Shown piece after piece: positions 63,114-64,000 of a DNA stretch of 64,000 bases. The DNA lies in contig OZ253442.1 of assembly GCA_965261085.1 (NCBI GenBank), forward strand, positions 2,592,001 to 2,656,000, written 5' to 3'. Under the pieces are notes generated by a model. That model was not told where the DNA came from and did not search any database. It worked only from the letters and a program-made list of their open reading frames with translations. The translations under genes and the position numbers were made by a program. The DNA comes from a bacterium (GTDB taxonomy: Bacteria > UBA8248). Positions within the stretch are counted from its first letter, which is position 1. Each line of letters begins with the position of its first letter.

Positions 63114-64000
63114 TCAACTCTTCGTACGCAGATCGCCACGGGTGGCAGCTTTTCTCAAAATGGAGGGGACATTCAATATCGCCGGTCCATCGAGTCGCAA
63201 CGATATTTCAATATCTTCCCCTTTGCTCAATAAGTGTTCCCTCTCTCCATCAAAGGCCAGTACCCTATCTGCGGGCGCTTGGTAGTGAATGCTTTCGCCT
63301 ACTTTGACTATCTTGTGTTCCTTCACGAGCGCAGGAGTAACTTGTCCGGGTCCGATAGGAGACAAAGTGAGGCGTTTGTTTTTCCTCTTTGCGCCCAGTT
63401 TCAACCATAGCCCTATGGGTTCGCTTGAATCAATCGGGCGCAAACTCGCACCCAATGAAGAAAGTCCCAACCTCCCGGGCTCACTCCTCGTCAGTGCGAG
63501 TGAGTCGACGCGCCCTATCTCCCAAACTGCACGCGCCCCGGAAAACGATTCCTTGATAATAGCGATATCCACCAAGGCGCTTTCGGAAGCGCCACCCAAG
63601 TTCACATGAAGCTGTTTCGTCGCTTTTTTCTCGCTTCCATAGGCCCTTGGATGAAGCGCATATAAACCCGCGGCCATGCCGGCTACGGTCCCTTCCCATG
63701 TAAAGGGAAAGGCGTTGTTTGTTCCAGTTGATAGGGGAATCAGGGGAATTTTTCCGCATCCTTTGGCGACGGCGCGACAAGTGCCATCACCTCCCAGGAC
63801 AACAATGCACCGAACGCCGAGCTCATTAAGTTTGTGAGCCGCTTTGGTGGAGTCAGCCGTTTCTCCCCTGGCGTCAACTTCAAAGAGTTCTGCGTTCGAG
63901 GCTTTGTTGTCATGACGAAAGCCATCCAATGCAACGGCCCCCAAAGAGCCGAGATCGTTGAACATCAGTATCTTGTCCATGCCCATCGCAACTAGGCCCG
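63114..64000 (-). CDS. ATP-NAD kinase family protein (AcoX-like), 5' end outside window
   Basis: LGGDGT.R.VAK, STGTNNAFP, GARAVW, AFDGERE. Confidence 0.8.
   Translation of the reverse strand, partial: GLVAMGMDKILMFNDLGSLGAVALDGFRHDNKASNAELFEVDARGETADSTKAAHKLNELGVRCIVVLGGDGTCRAVAKGCGKIPLIPLSTGTNNAFPFTWEGTVAGMAAGLYALHPRAYGSEKKATKQLHVNLGGASESALVDIAIIKESFSGARAVWEIGRVDSLALTRSEPGRLGLSSLGASLRPIDSSEPIGLWLKLGAKRKNKRLTLSPIGPGQVTPALVKEHKIVKVGESIHYQAPADRVLAFDGEREHLLSKGEDIEISLRLDGPAILNVPSILRKAATRGDLRTKS

Overview
A 64-kb stretch of a Gram-negative bacterial chromosome. Gene order resembles deltaproteobacteria or Nitrospinota; this is inferred from synteny only. Positions 1-32.3 kb form an all-plus-strand housekeeping block: NtrY-like kinase, NtrX-like regulator fused to LpxC, purMN, lolA, rseP, ispG, proS, tRNA-Met, tilS, ftsH, pdxJ, nnr, tsaE, lptCAB-rpoN-hprK-EIIA-HPr, metK, ahcY, amidase, der, EF-G2, SPOR, MerR and TPR genes. 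A near-canonical XerCD dif site lies at 32357-32384, and GGGNAGGG (KOPS-like) octamers flip polarity there, so the window probably spans the replication terminus. Beyond it is a mixed-strand, visibly more GC-rich region: rtcB, bioB, FAD/Fe-S oxidase, MscR-like dehydrogenase, M24 peptidase, DUF294, apt/nlpD, two metY, pcm/surE, three tRNAs, DinB and an amidase. The window ends in a GldAFG/DUF4340-type ABC operon preceded by a CIRCE element. Best leads: (1) a two-component response regulator fused to an intact LpxC; (2) extra dif-like sites bracketing rtcB and bioB next to dif; (3) an HrcA operator on a non-chaperone ABC operon. All calls were made by eye, without database searches.
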